A DNA stretch of 63,885 nt, the filler included, from Octopus bimaculoides (lineage: Eukaryota): the NCBI RefSeq assembly GCF_001194135.2. It is 8 parts of 8 records of this genome, joined end to end, with 100 filler letters (N's around TTAATTAATTAA, not from the genome) between each part and the next. Parts side by side here need not be neighbours in the genome. Positions count along the whole stretch, not along the records: positions 45,737 to 53,450 come from NW_026358540.1; positions 53,551 to 57,685 come from NC_068985.1; positions 57,786 to 62,664 come from NW_026390380.1; positions 62,765 to 63,885 come from NW_026362966.1; 4 more parts are not named here. One strand, given 5' to 3'. The notes beneath the pieces are model-generated. The model had not been told where the DNA came from. It saw only the letters and a list, made by a program, of their open reading frames with translations, and ran no database searches. Shown here in pieces: positions 52,130 through 63,299 of this stretch. The stretch's first letter is position 1. Each line of letters opens with the position of its first letter. A program made the position numbers and the translations under genes.

Positions 52130-53390
52130 GAGTTTGTCTTCATGATATGCAGTTCAGTTTCTGTCAGGAAAAAGAACTACTGATGCTATCTTCCTGGTAG
52201 GGAAATTGCAAAAGTACTTAAGTTAGAAGCCATTATTAGTTAACATTCATTGAGCCGGAGAAAATCTTCAGCAAGGCTGTTAGGAGTAGATGAATGGATT
52301 GTGAGAGTTGTACAAGCCATGTACAGAAGTGTATTCAGCAAGATGAAAGTTAACAAATTTAATGTGCACACTAGTGGGAATAATTATATGCTAGTTATCC
52401 TTCTTATGGTTGAATTTGTAGGAGAATTATAAAATAAAAATTCAGGTGCAGAAGCAAAAGGCGTCAAAGTTTGCTTAGTGAAGAAGTAAAAAAGACAATG
52501 CTTCCATTATGGAAATGGCATGTCTGATACATAGAAGAATAGAATGGCAGCATAACAGATGAAGCAAGCCTTTGTATTTGGCAGATGCACTGAAGCAAAT
52601 AAGTACACAAGGAAAATAAATTCTCTAAAATTTCTTGGAGGATCTCTAGAAGTAATTGGTTTTTCTGTTATTAAAGTGATTTAATTAGCAGTGGTGGAAG
52701 AGGTTTTGAAAGTATAGTAGCCAGTGAATGAATAGACTAAAGAAAGTCTTGGGAGCTTTCATCTCAAAATAACAAATTGCATGATGCTTCTGTGTGAACT
52801 GTGATGCTACATGGTGGTCAAACAATCCTGAATTAAGGAAATTTACAAAAACTAAAAAGAAATGAAAGTGTGTGCACTCCATTGGATGAGAAGTGTAAGT
52901 GTGTATGGATGATGAGGTACAAATGTAGAAAGCAAGCTAGACATAAGAATCAGGATGATTGCATTTGTGTGACTAGAGAAGATGACATATCTGAGATAGT
53001 TGGTGCTCAAGAAAACCTGCCCACTTCTGCAAGCATGACAAAACTGATATTAAAAATGATGTTAATGATAGAAACTGGAGTCTTAATGTGTACATATATG
53101 TATGCATACACCCCCCCTCACCCAATTTGTTCCTTTCAAGTTTACATTTGATCTTCCTATCACTCATCCTTCCATCACTCTTTTACTCATCTTCATCTTC
53201 CCTTCACCCATCCCCTCCTCTATTTATTGTTATAATTAATGAGACCAGAAACTCATGTCTCACTTTTACCATCTAAGCAAAATGTGTTTGTCCACCCATC
53301 TAGGCTATAACTCCTATAAGAACGGACTTGGATCCTGTTCAACCCTACAACCCATATGAGCATGGAAAATAAACACGATGATGATGAGGA
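52130..53390 (+). mobile_element. Decayed RTE LINE (RT fragments and 3' tail)
   Basis: TTDAIFLV, LGVDEWIVRVVQAMYRS, FCY*SDLISSGG...ESIVA; tail CCCATATGAGCATGGAAAATAAACACGATGATGATG. Confidence 0.75.
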
Positions 53391-53450
53391 TTAACTACAT
53401 CAATAAGAATTAAGACTTTGTCAGACATAGCACAATGCTCTTTCATGAAT

Positions 53451-53550
53451 NNNNNNNNNNNNNNNNNNNNNNNNNNNNNNNNNNNNNNNNNNNNTTAATT
53501 AATTAANNNNNNNNNNNNNNNNNNNNNNNNNNNNNNNNNNNNNNNNNNNN
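53451..53550. other. Artificial scaffold-joining spacer
   Basis: 44N + TTAATTAATTAA (53495-53506) + 44N. Confidence 0.97.
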
Positions 53551-54572
53551 CCTACCCCGTTTTTCGGAACCCAAAAAGGGTTTTGTAGCATATTATGAGG
53601 TCACAGGAATTCATTCAACAAAAAAAGGGAAAAAAATTTCCAATGATTCCAGGATGTCCCCCTGGCCCCCATCCTTTTTCCAAACAAAGATAAGGGATTT
53701 GCAGTATATTAGGAGGTCAGGGTACTTGATTCCACGCAAAAACATCCAAGTTTTTTTGTTAGTGAAAATCGTGTGTGTGTTAATATAAGAATTTACCTAG
53801 ATTTCTACACACCCACCCCGAAAAATGGATGTTTTTTAATGAAATTTTCTACAAATATGTGTTATATCATGTAGATTCCAAATGTACTAAATTTTAGTGT
53901 GGTAAGTGTTTTAGGAGGGTTGGAGTGAGGAATTTCGGAAAATTCATTGGAGTATACTTCAATTCGTCTTAACTTTCAAGACAATGAATATTTTTTAATG
54001 AAATTCTCTACAAATATACCTCGGACTATGCAGATTCCGAGGACAGAGGAATTTGGAGGGGGGAAACAATTGGGGGTTATTTTTGAGACCTGTTCCCCAC
54101 TCAGAGATGTTTTGGAACAAGTTGTCTGCATTTATTTCATTTTCTCCGTTTTGTGCGTTTGTGCATCCGTACATTTCTACTAATACACCATCCCCATATN
54201 NNNNNNNNNNNNNNNNNNNNNNNNNNNNNNNNNNNNNNNNNNNNNNNNNNNNNNNTATATATATGTGTGTGTGTATGTTTGTGTGTGTGTGTGTAATTAA
54301 AATAGTTCAAACAGGGAATTATTCCATTCAATATCATGTTTATTATAGAGATTATGTAACAAATTAGGCTTTACACTTCTATATTTAACTGTACGTGTAT
54401 ATTCCTTATTTTTACTTCTGGTGTCTTCTGCCTTTCTATTAGAAACATTTACCTGGGAATTTACTTTAAAGTGAAAAAAAAAATCAGGATCTTTTCCTTT
54501 TGGCCAGCACATAGAAAAAATATTTTTTTGTAACTAGACAATTTCAAATTTTGTATACTGGTAGAATGTGTC

Positions 54573-55344
54573 ATTTAAAACATCATTTACTCTTGGTGTT
54601 TTTAAGAAGAGTCTTTATTTTCAAAGTTATTTCATGTTAAAGTTGTCATATTTCAGTAATTTCAACCAATCGATGACATCTATTGAGGTGAAAACAATTA
54701 CTGCTGTGGTTTGTCAACAAGACATTCTGGTGGTGTATATCTAGTTTGTCACTATTATTTCTGATATATTTACATTTGAGATACACGTGTGTATAGTTTA
54801 TTCAATTCAGTTATTAGTTATTTTAGCGTTTTCGAAATTGCCTATTTTGTTTGTTGAATTATTTTCGTTTGCTTAGTGTTTAGTTACAAAAAATTAATTT
54901 CTCGATGTGCCGTTCAAAGGGAAAAGATCCCATTTTGCCCCCCTCCCACTCCAATTTCTTCATTTTTTTACATTTTTCCATAACTCTAACCCTAAAATCC
55001 CAACTCTAACCCTAAAATCCCAACCCTAACCCTAACCCTAAAACCCTATTCCTAACCCTAAAACCCTAACCCTAAAACCCTATTCCTAACCCTAACTCTA
55101 AAACCATAACCCTAACCTTAACCCAAAAACCCTAAAGCTAAAACCAGTACAAACGCACAAACGATGTCATAACAGTGACAACACCACCGATAGTTGTTAT
55201 TGACAAACAACGGCAGTCATTTTATTCAGCTGAATACACGTCATTGATTGGTTGAAATTACCAAAATTCGACAACTAAAACACAAAATAACTTTGAAAAT
55301 AAAGAACTTTCTTAAAAACGCCAAGAGTAAATGATGTTTTAAAT
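54573..55344. mobile_element. TIR element (about 175-bp arms) with an internal telomere-like repeat block
   Basis: ATTTAAAACATCATTTACTCTTGG...TGTCACT (54573-54753) is the inverse of AGTGACA...CCAAGAGTAAATGATGTTTTAAAT (55174-55344). Confidence 0.8.
54981..55140. repeat. Degenerate (CCCTAA)n telomere-like repeats; partly duplicated at 55345-55493
   Basis: TAACCCTAAAATCCC, AACCCTAACCCTAACCCTAAAACCCTATTCC units; the downstream AAAACCAGTACAAAC...GATAGTTGTTATTG segment also occurs twice. Confidence 0.9.
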
Positions 55345-56609
55345 CCCAACCCTAACCCTAACCCTAAAACCCTATTCCTAACCCTAAAACCCTATTCCTA
55401 ACCCTAACCTTAACCCAAAAACCCTAAAGCTAAAACCAGTACAAACACACAAACGATGTCATAACAGTGACAACACCACCGATAGTTGTTATTGTGAAAT
55501 TCCCCATTCCACATCTCCTAAAACACTTTCCCCCACAAAATTTTGTATATTCAGAGTTTACATGATATAACACATATTCGTAGAAAATTTCATTTAAAAA
55601 CATCCATTTTTCTGAAAGTTATGATCATCCAAATTCAGGATGGGGGCAGAAATCTGTAGTTATGCCTGAGTAGTGTACTTTTATTATCAAGCAAAAATTG
55701 ATAAAAATTTGAGAATTAAAATTAAATATCTTTTTATTCTAATGAATAAAATTTTACAAAACCTTTACCAATATATTCCTTTATCATTTCTCTTTCATAT
55801 TAATATCAATATAATAATTCTTAATCAGAATTAAAAGAATGGTGTGGATTCGAAGTGTCGATGTTGGGCGTTACTACCTGTCAGTCAACTAGTTTGGTCT
55901 ATACATTTCTTCTCTTAATTTTTGTTCTATTGCACCAGATTTTAAGTATTTTATGTCTAAATGAAGCTTGTCACAAGTCAAACATAATTCAAAAAACTAA
56001 ATTTGATTTCGATTAAAACTAAATTAATGACACTGCTTGGAAGACACCGACTGCAACAAAAAAAAAAAAGCTATGTTAAGAATATTATTCAACTACTACC
56101 GTAGTTGAATGATATACATCATAGAATAATAAAGGCAGACATCTGACAGTGAAAAGTACCATAAAAACAATATATAAAAACATCATCTAATTTATTGTCT
56201 TATATATATTATATATCAAAAGACTGCCAACTTTTGACATAATAAACACATCTAATCTCTCTGCCTATATATTGAGTTCTATACCAGATAATGCTTGCAC
56301 TATCTCTCACTCACACACACACTCCTTCCCCGTACAATCTTGCAAAGCACCCACCCACCCACTTCTACTCACCTAGTCGTCACCTGAACACCTCATTGCC
56401 ATTATCTATTGCTTCCACCTTCATCATTGACATTTTATGTCTATTTTTGAAACTACAAAGGACATCATCACCAAATTCCTATTTTGACCTGGTTCTCTGA
56501 CTGAATGCCCTACCAAACATCAACTTTTTTACAGAATGTACTGGGTGCAGTTTTCATTAAAACAGTATCAGTGAGGTGGCCTTGAAACTTGCAAGACTAA
56601 AGAACTTAA

Positions 56610-56645
<36 letters not shown>

Positions 56646-57427
56646 ACGCACGCACGAGCGCATGTGTGTGTGTGTATGCGCGCGCACGTGTGTGTGTGTG
56701 TGTGTGTGTGCACAAACAGAGGTAATATGAGTTGTGAAAAATAAGCTTTAATTTAAAGTCATCAGTAACATGATAATATAGTAGTGTAAAGAGGCACAGC
56801 TTCCAACTATTCAACAGATACTGCATCAAACATATAACATCATCATCATCATTTCAACATCCACTTGCAATAATTACATAGGTCAAACAAAAATTGCTGA
56901 CAGATTTTTTGGCAGCCAAATGTTGCCAACCTTTGCTTGTTTCCAAGTAATGTAAGAGGATCAGATATGAGGCAGATCAGAGATAGTGCTGCTGGTCTAT
57001 AATGGGATAAAGAAAAACGTCGAGTACAATTGTCAACAGGCAACTACACAACAGCAGCCCAACCAGCAACATAGCTGACCTCTGATATGTTGTGACCATG
57101 TGCCTCATATTCACTAACAAACTGGTGCATTGGGAGCAAAACTTCAACCTGTTTCTAGGATATCCCAGCTACTGCCTTTTCTTTTCTACTTTAACCTACC
57201 AACTCAAGGGGAAACCACTTCTAGCTACTTTGTAAAAAGCAGTCGCAAAATCATACCTTCAACTGCAGTTCATACTGAAATTTTAGTGGCATATATATTT
57301 AAGCACTCAGANNNNNNNNNNNNNNNNNNNNNNNNNNNNNNNNNNNNNNNNNNNNNNNNNNNNNNNNNNNNNNNNNNNNNNNNNNNNNNNNNNNNNNNNN
57401 NNNNNNNNNNNATTCCTTAAATTCTTA

Positions 57428-57458
<31 letters not shown>

Positions 57459-57607
57459 ATACATAAATATTTAAATGTGTGTGTACATGTATATACACAC
57501 ACACATACATGTACACACACACACATGTACGCATACACATATACACACATATACAAATACATGCATATATGTATACATATATAAATATACAATATTTGTT
57601 TATTCAT

Positions 57608-57681
<74 letters not shown>

Positions 57682-57685
57682 TATA

Positions 57686-57785
57686 NNNNNNNNNNNNNNN
57701 NNNNNNNNNNNNNNNNNNNNNNNNNNNNNTTAATTAATTAANNNNNNNNNNNNNNNNNNNNNNNNNNNNNNNNNNNNNNNNNNNN
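57686..57785. other. Artificial scaffold-joining spacer
   Basis: 44N + TTAATTAATTAA (57730-57741) + 44N. Confidence 0.97.
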
Positions 57786-58127
57786 TTGTTACAGAAGTTG
57801 GAATGTCTGCGTTACTTGTGGTTTCTGTAACACCTATTGTCACATCACTATTTATTGTTACAGAGGTCGGAATGTCAGCGTTACTTGTGGTTTCTGTAAC
57901 ATCTGTTGTCACAAAATTTTCTTTTGACACAGAAGTTGGAATCTCTGCGTTACTTGTGGTTTCTGCCACATCTGTCGTCACACCATTTTCTATTGTTACA
58001 GAAGTTGTAATGTTTGCGTTGCTTATGGTTTTTGTAACCTCTGTTGTGACATCATTTTGATATGTTACTCTTGTGGTAATGTTTGTATTATTTGCTGTAA
58101 GAAGCGTGGCTCCTATAGTGCTTTTAC
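57786..58127 (-). CDS. Thr-rich mucin-like tandem-repeat exon (60-nt / 20-aa unit), truncated by the scaffold end
   Basis: Acceptor CTCAAATCTCTTACAG, phase 1. Open frame GKSTIGATLLTANNTNITTRVTYQNDVTTEVTKTISNANITTSVTIENGVTTDVAETTSNAEIPTSVSKENFVTTDVTETTSNADIPTSVT...; no stops over about five diverged repeats. Confidence 0.75.
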
Positions 58128-58647
58128 CTGTAAGAGATTTGAGGTAATACAACAGCAATTAGTGCATTCGTGAAATGTAAATACAGGTAAAAAAAAAGAT
58201 TAGATGATGAATATATGTGTGTTTATATTCCTGTCAAATATTTCATAAATATGATACAATAAACAAAACCTGTGTGCGTGTATGTGTATGTGTATTTGTG
58301 TGTATTTATGTGTGTTTATGTGTTTGTGTATGTGTGTGTGCGTTTACGTGTATGTATGTGTGTATATATATGCGTGTGTGTGTATGTGTGTGTGTGTATT
58401 TGTGCATATATATATATACGCACACGCACATATTAATATGCATATGTATATATGTATGCATTCACGCATGTGTGTATGTATATATGCAGGTACATACATT
58501 TAAAAGAACTTGAAGAAAACTTTCTGGATAAAGTAGCAATATTTAATAAAAGATTTTCTTAGATTAGAAATTGTAAAACATTTTAAATATATTTTTAAAA
58601 AAACAGATTAATACAAACCTTTTATCTGCTTTTTCATGATGCGAGAT

Positions 58648-58685
<38 letters not shown>

Positions 58686-59400
58686 NNNNNNNNNNNNNNN
58701 NNNNNNNNNNNNNNNNNNNNNNNNNNNNNNNNNNNNNNNNNNNNNNNNNNNNNNNNNNNNNNNNNNNNNNNNNNNNNNNNNNNNNNNNNNNNNNNNNNNN
58801 NNNNNNNNNNNNNNNNNNNNNNNNNNNNNNNNNNNNNNNNNNNNNNNNNNNNNNNNNNNNNNNNNNNNNNNNNNNNNNNNNNNNNNNNNNNNNNNNNNNN
58901 NNNNNNNNNNNNNNNNNNNNNNNNNNNNNNNNNNNNNNNNNNNNNNNNNNNNNNNNNNNNNNNNNNNNNNNNNNNNNNNNNNNNNNNNNNNNNNNNNNNN
59001 NNNNNNNNNNNNNNNNNNNNNNNNNNNNNNNNNNNNNNNNNNNNNNNNNNNNNNNNNNNNNNNNNNNNNNNNNNNNNNNNNNNNNNNNNNNNNNNNNNNN
59101 NNNNNNNNNNNNNNNNNNNNNNNNNNNNNNNNNNNNNNNNNNNNNNNNNNNNNNNNNNNNNNNNNNNNNNNNNNNNNNNNNNNNNNNNNNNNNNNNNNNN
59201 NNNNNNNNNNNNNNNNNNNNNNNNNNNNNNNNNNNATATATATATATATATATATACATATATAAAAGCAGAAATATAGATGTCACTAAAGTGACAAAAG
59301 GCACTAATCAGCATCAGTATTGCTAGAAATAAGAGTCAACACAACTCAATAGCCACGGAAAGCACTATCTTAATGACTGACAAGGGGGGAAATTCTCTAC

Positions 59401-59468
59401 AGCGGTGGACATAGCCAGATCATCGACGATTTCGCATTTTAATGCCCATCAGTGGCTCTCACCACACT
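59401..59468 (-). ncRNA. Type I hammerhead ribozyme-like fold (A9>G variant) 3' of a Penelope GIY-YIG ORF
   Basis: Minus strand AGUGUGG-UGAG-AGCCA-CUGAUGG-GCAU(UAAA)AUGC-GAAAUC(GUCGAU)GAUC-UGGCU-AUGU-CCACCGCU: stems I, II and III all pair; AUC cleavage triplet. Confidence 0.65.
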
Positions 59469-59584
59469 TAGGGTTAAACTCAGCTTGCTTTGTCCGTTTA
59501 TAAGATTTCCGTTGAATCACGCGCTGATTTCATAAACGGTAAAAGGGAAATATATATATATGGGCGGCTGATTCGCGATTATTT

Positions 59585-60160
59585 TACAACCTATTTTGCT
59601 TCTATGCTTGCACGATATCACCATCTCAGAATGTCTATTTATCACGTTTTCCCTGGATATTATTATTTCTAGGATTTCTTCACGGTATATATGTTGCATA
59701 CTAGTGAAGTCCCGTTATAAGGTGGAGCCTTTTTTATAATTGACCAGTGGGTTGTGTTTTCTACACCATTGTATTAGCCTCCAGACGAGGTTCGAGAGAA
59801 ATGTAGAGTGTCTTGCAAAACGACGAGAGATGGTTTCTCAAACGATTTTTCATAGTGTCTGCGGCACTACCAATGTACACATATTTCTGTGTATTTGTCT
59901 TGACCTCGCATTTGTACACTACAATCTGTATCATACAGTTGTTACCAAATCTGCATTCGTCTTTACGTCTGCAGTTACACATGATACTGTTTTTTATCTT
60001 TTTTTTTTTCTGTAGAGTCACTATTAGTGTTCCTCTTTCTTCTTCCTCTTGTAATCATGCACTCATTTTTCTTATGTATGTATTGTACGTCTAATTGTAT
60101 GATATTGTTTGGGTTTGTTTTTGTTATTGATGAGTTTTTACTATTACTATTCTCCACCAT
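59585..60160 (-). mobile_element. Penelope-like element GIY-YIG endonuclease region (decayed), arm 1
   Basis: CNCRRKDECRFGNNCMIQIVVYKCEVKTNTQKYVYIGSAADTMKNRLRNHLSSF...NVINRHSEMVISCKHR. Confidence 0.9.
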
Positions 60161-60165
60161 TCTAC

Positions 60166-60465
60166 TACATTGGCAGTACCGCAGACACCGTGGAAAATCG
60201 TCTGAGAAACCATCTCTCATCGTTTTCTAATATAAACAAAAGACACTCTACATCTCTCTCGAACCTCGTCCGGAGGCTAAAACAGAATGGAGTAGAATAT
60301 ACAACTCACTGGTCAATTATAAAAAGTGTTACACCTTATAACAGGACTTCACGAGTATGCCGGGATGAAACTCTGGCAATAATAACATCCAGGGAAAACG
60401 TGATAAGCAGACATTCTGAGATGGTTATATCATGCAAGCATAGGAACCAAATATTATTCATGTGA
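60166..60465 (+). mobile_element. Penelope-like GIY-YIG region, inverted arm 2
   Basis: YYIGSTADTVENRLRNHLSSFSNINKRHSTSLSNLVRRLKQNGVEYTTHWSIIKSVTPYNRTSRVC...SEMVISCKHRNQ is an inverse homolog of 59585-59880. Confidence 0.9.
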
Positions 60466-62066
60466 TTTGGAAAACATATTTTGAAAACAAGTAACAAATC
60501 ATAGAATAGGGGAGAAACCCAAACAAATAATTGAAAATACCAATGTTTAGGATGACAACAAACCGTACTATATAGCAACTGTCCACCTGTTAGGCTTAGG
60601 ATTTATTGAGAGTCAGGTCTCGAATGAAATAGAACAAAGAAATATACTACCATCCTTAAATCTGCTAAATGAATGACCATCCTTAAAATTACTGAATGAA
60701 TAGCAAATAAATCCAACGCCCTCACACACACCACCATCCCCATATTGCTACCATTCTTTCCTCTACTACCATCACCTACCTCCCCCTGCTAAGTACATAC
60801 AGAAATACAAATAATATATGAATATATGCGTATATACGTACATGTATGTACATACCTACATCTACCTGTATATATAGATGCATATCTGGGTACAGGACAT
60901 AGTAAAAAAACGTGGACAAAATGATAAACGGAGTACAAAAAACACACAAGCCACATAGAGAACATTTCCTTCATCAGCTGCCACCATTCTAAAACTAAGC
61001 GTTTCGAAGAGTTACTCAGCTAGATTGACCTTCGTAGTGGCAAGAAGGGATAAGCATCCCTCTGTAGTTCATCCATTTATACAGTGTCGCCTGATGAAAT
61101 GGATCAATGATGATGTCCACGGATAATACGGACTATATTGTAATAATCCCAAGGATACCGACTCTGACGGCAAAATCATCTGATCTGTGGAAACGTATGT
61201 TGCGATGTATTAAATATTTATAAACTCCCTCCTGGTATTATAGTTACTAACACTTATCCCACATTATATCAGTATAACCATGATGCAACCCTGAAAATCT
61301 GACCCACGAGTCAATATCATTAAACGGTAGCCGGCATAATGATATAGGAGCTTTATTTGCATACCCCTAACGATACCTAAACAAATTCAAAGCCTTTACA
61401 AGTTCAAATAACTCTTAAACATATTTGAAATGCTCTTATGTTCGTATACTTTTCTTCATTGCTTCGTGCACCTAGTCACGAATTTGTTCTGGCTTGGCGG
61501 CCAATGTGTGCAGTCATTTAATTGGATTTAGTAATTTACCATAAAGGAAACGTTACTTCCTAATCAGTTCAGATTTGCCTCTTTTTGATATTTGCAGCTG
61601 AGGAGAGCAAACATGTTTGAAATGCAGCCATCTGTCCAATAGAGGGCGTTCTGAGCTAACTGGTATTTCAATTCTTTTTTCTCTAAAACGAAAAGTTTCC
61701 TGAGGATTTTTTTCCGTAGCTAGTTGCTGTTTCAAATATTTCACAAACACATTTGAACTGGTTTCAAATTTTGTACAAAAATATATTCCAAATTGTTATG
61801 GCGGTAGCAATACGATAAGAAAATAGGACGACAAATATTATTAATCTTTCTAAAATTTCGATGAGAAAACGATGAAAAATTACTGAAAATAAAATCCATA
61901 CTTGGAAGATGCAAAACGCTGCTGTCTTCCATTAATTTCTTTCCTATCAAATTTTCTCTGAAGAAGGATTTATGTCTGAAACGTTGATTCCCCGCCCCCT
62001 CCCACAGCAAGTTCACTGTACTCTTTCAATGGATTTTACATAAGAAATAAAATCAAACCTACTTAC

Positions 62067-62155
62067 CTCCCATACTAATACTGTAGAACCAAAATATCTG
62101 GAGCAGAAGCGAGGTCGAAAGCCGCCGAAACGAAAGCATACTGAAAAGTCGGTTG
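62067..62155 (-). promoter_or_regulatory. Candidate CpG-rich non-coding first exon ending at a consensus donor
   Basis: Minus strand TTTCGTTTCGGCGGCTTTCGACCTCGC...ATGGGAG|GTAAGT; GC-box-like GGGGGCGGGG nearby at about 61990-62000. Confidence 0.3.
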
Positions 62156-62338
62156 ACCCCCTAAAAAAAAAGAGGGGAAAAAACAGGTTATCAAAGATAA
62201 ATGACTATAAAAGTCAGAAAATTGTAGACATGACTATAAATAAAGTTCACTAGGTTGTGTGTGTGTGTGTGTGTGTGTGTATGAGTATTTATGTCTATAT
62301 TTGTATATACATGTATTATATGTGAACGTGTATGTTTG

Positions 62339-62400
<62 letters not shown>

Positions 62401-62619
62401 TGTGCATGTGTACATTTATATATATAGATAGATAGACAGACAGACAAACAGACAGACAAACAGACAGACAAACAGACAGACAAACAGACAGACAGGCAGA
62501 CAGACAGATAGACAAATAGACAGACAGACAGATAGATAGATACATTTCTTTTATTAGCCACACAGGGCTCAACAAAGATAGGACAAATACAATGTAGAGC
62601 TTTTCATTTTGGGAGGGGG

Positions 62620-62664
<45 letters not shown>

Positions 62665-62764
62665 NNNNNNNNNNNNNNNNNNNNNNNNNNNNNNNNNNNN
62701 NNNNNNNNTTAATTAATTAANNNNNNNNNNNNNNNNNNNNNNNNNNNNNNNNNNNNNNNNNNNN
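62665..62764. other. Artificial scaffold-joining spacer
   Basis: 44N + TTAATTAATTAA (62709-62720) + 44N. Confidence 0.97.
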
Positions 62765-62918
62765 TGTATGACGAGGTTCTTTCAGTTTCCATCTGCTTAA
62801 TCCACTCACATGTCTTTGATCAACACGTGGCTATTGCAGAAAACTCTTGCCCCACATGCGGTAAAACTGAACCCGGAACCATGTGGTTGGGAAGCAAACT
62901 TCTTACCATACAGCCACG
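62765..62918 (-). mobile_element. SINE family 1, 5' part
   Basis: CTTTCAGTTTCC...TCCACTCAC...CTGAACCCGGAACCATGTGGTTGGGAAGCAAACTTCTTACCATACAGCCAC. Confidence 0.8.
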
Positions 62919-63183
62919 ACTGGATAAAATGTATGAAAATAAATAGATTTTCTTGCAAGAAATGTTTGCATTTCACTTACTTGAGATGCAAATATAATAG
63001 CAAGAATTCCTGTTGGTAAAAAACAGAAAAGTGTGACAAGAATTGCTGTAGTCAACTTATTGTCAACATATTGTGGTTGTTGGTTTTGTATCTGAAAAGA
63101 AAGAAATCAAAAACATGACATAATTCTCATGGGACGATGATGATGATGATAACTATTATGAAAATGATGATGATGTAGGACAA

Positions 63184-63217
<34 letters not shown>

Positions 63218-63221
63218 TAAA

Positions 63222-63258
<37 letters not shown>

Positions 63259-63299
63259 TCTGGTTTTATTGGCCCCAAGTGCTAATATAAATTAAAAAC

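Larger units (their letters stand above)
53820..55612. mobile_element. Outer inverted-repeat element (about 120-bp arms) enclosing a nested TIR element
   Basis: GAAAAATGGATGTTTTTTAATGAAATTTTCTACAAATATGTGTTATATCATGTA...GGAATTTC (53820-53938) is the inverse of 55494-55612. Confidence 0.7.

Noticed and set aside
54981-55430. True telomere or chromosome end
   Set aside because: The repeats are degenerate, short and internal to a TIR element, with ordinary sequence on both sides
57257-57274. 18-nt minus-strand microexon candidate (YELQLK)
   Set aside because: Poor acceptor tract and no corroborating exons
641-59326. Long ORFs made of X runs and YI/CV/HT dipeptides (many ORF-track entries)
   Set aside because: Artefacts of N gaps and dinucleotide or tetranucleotide microsatellites
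60962-61020. Minus-strand CGAAACG ... CUGAUGAAGG as a permuted (type II) hammerhead
   Set aside because: Stem I and stem II do not pair; at most a decayed Penelope-type tail
61090-61125. CTGATGA motif followed by a TGGA/TCCA stem
   Set aside because: No GAAA after the stem, so it is not a hammerhead core
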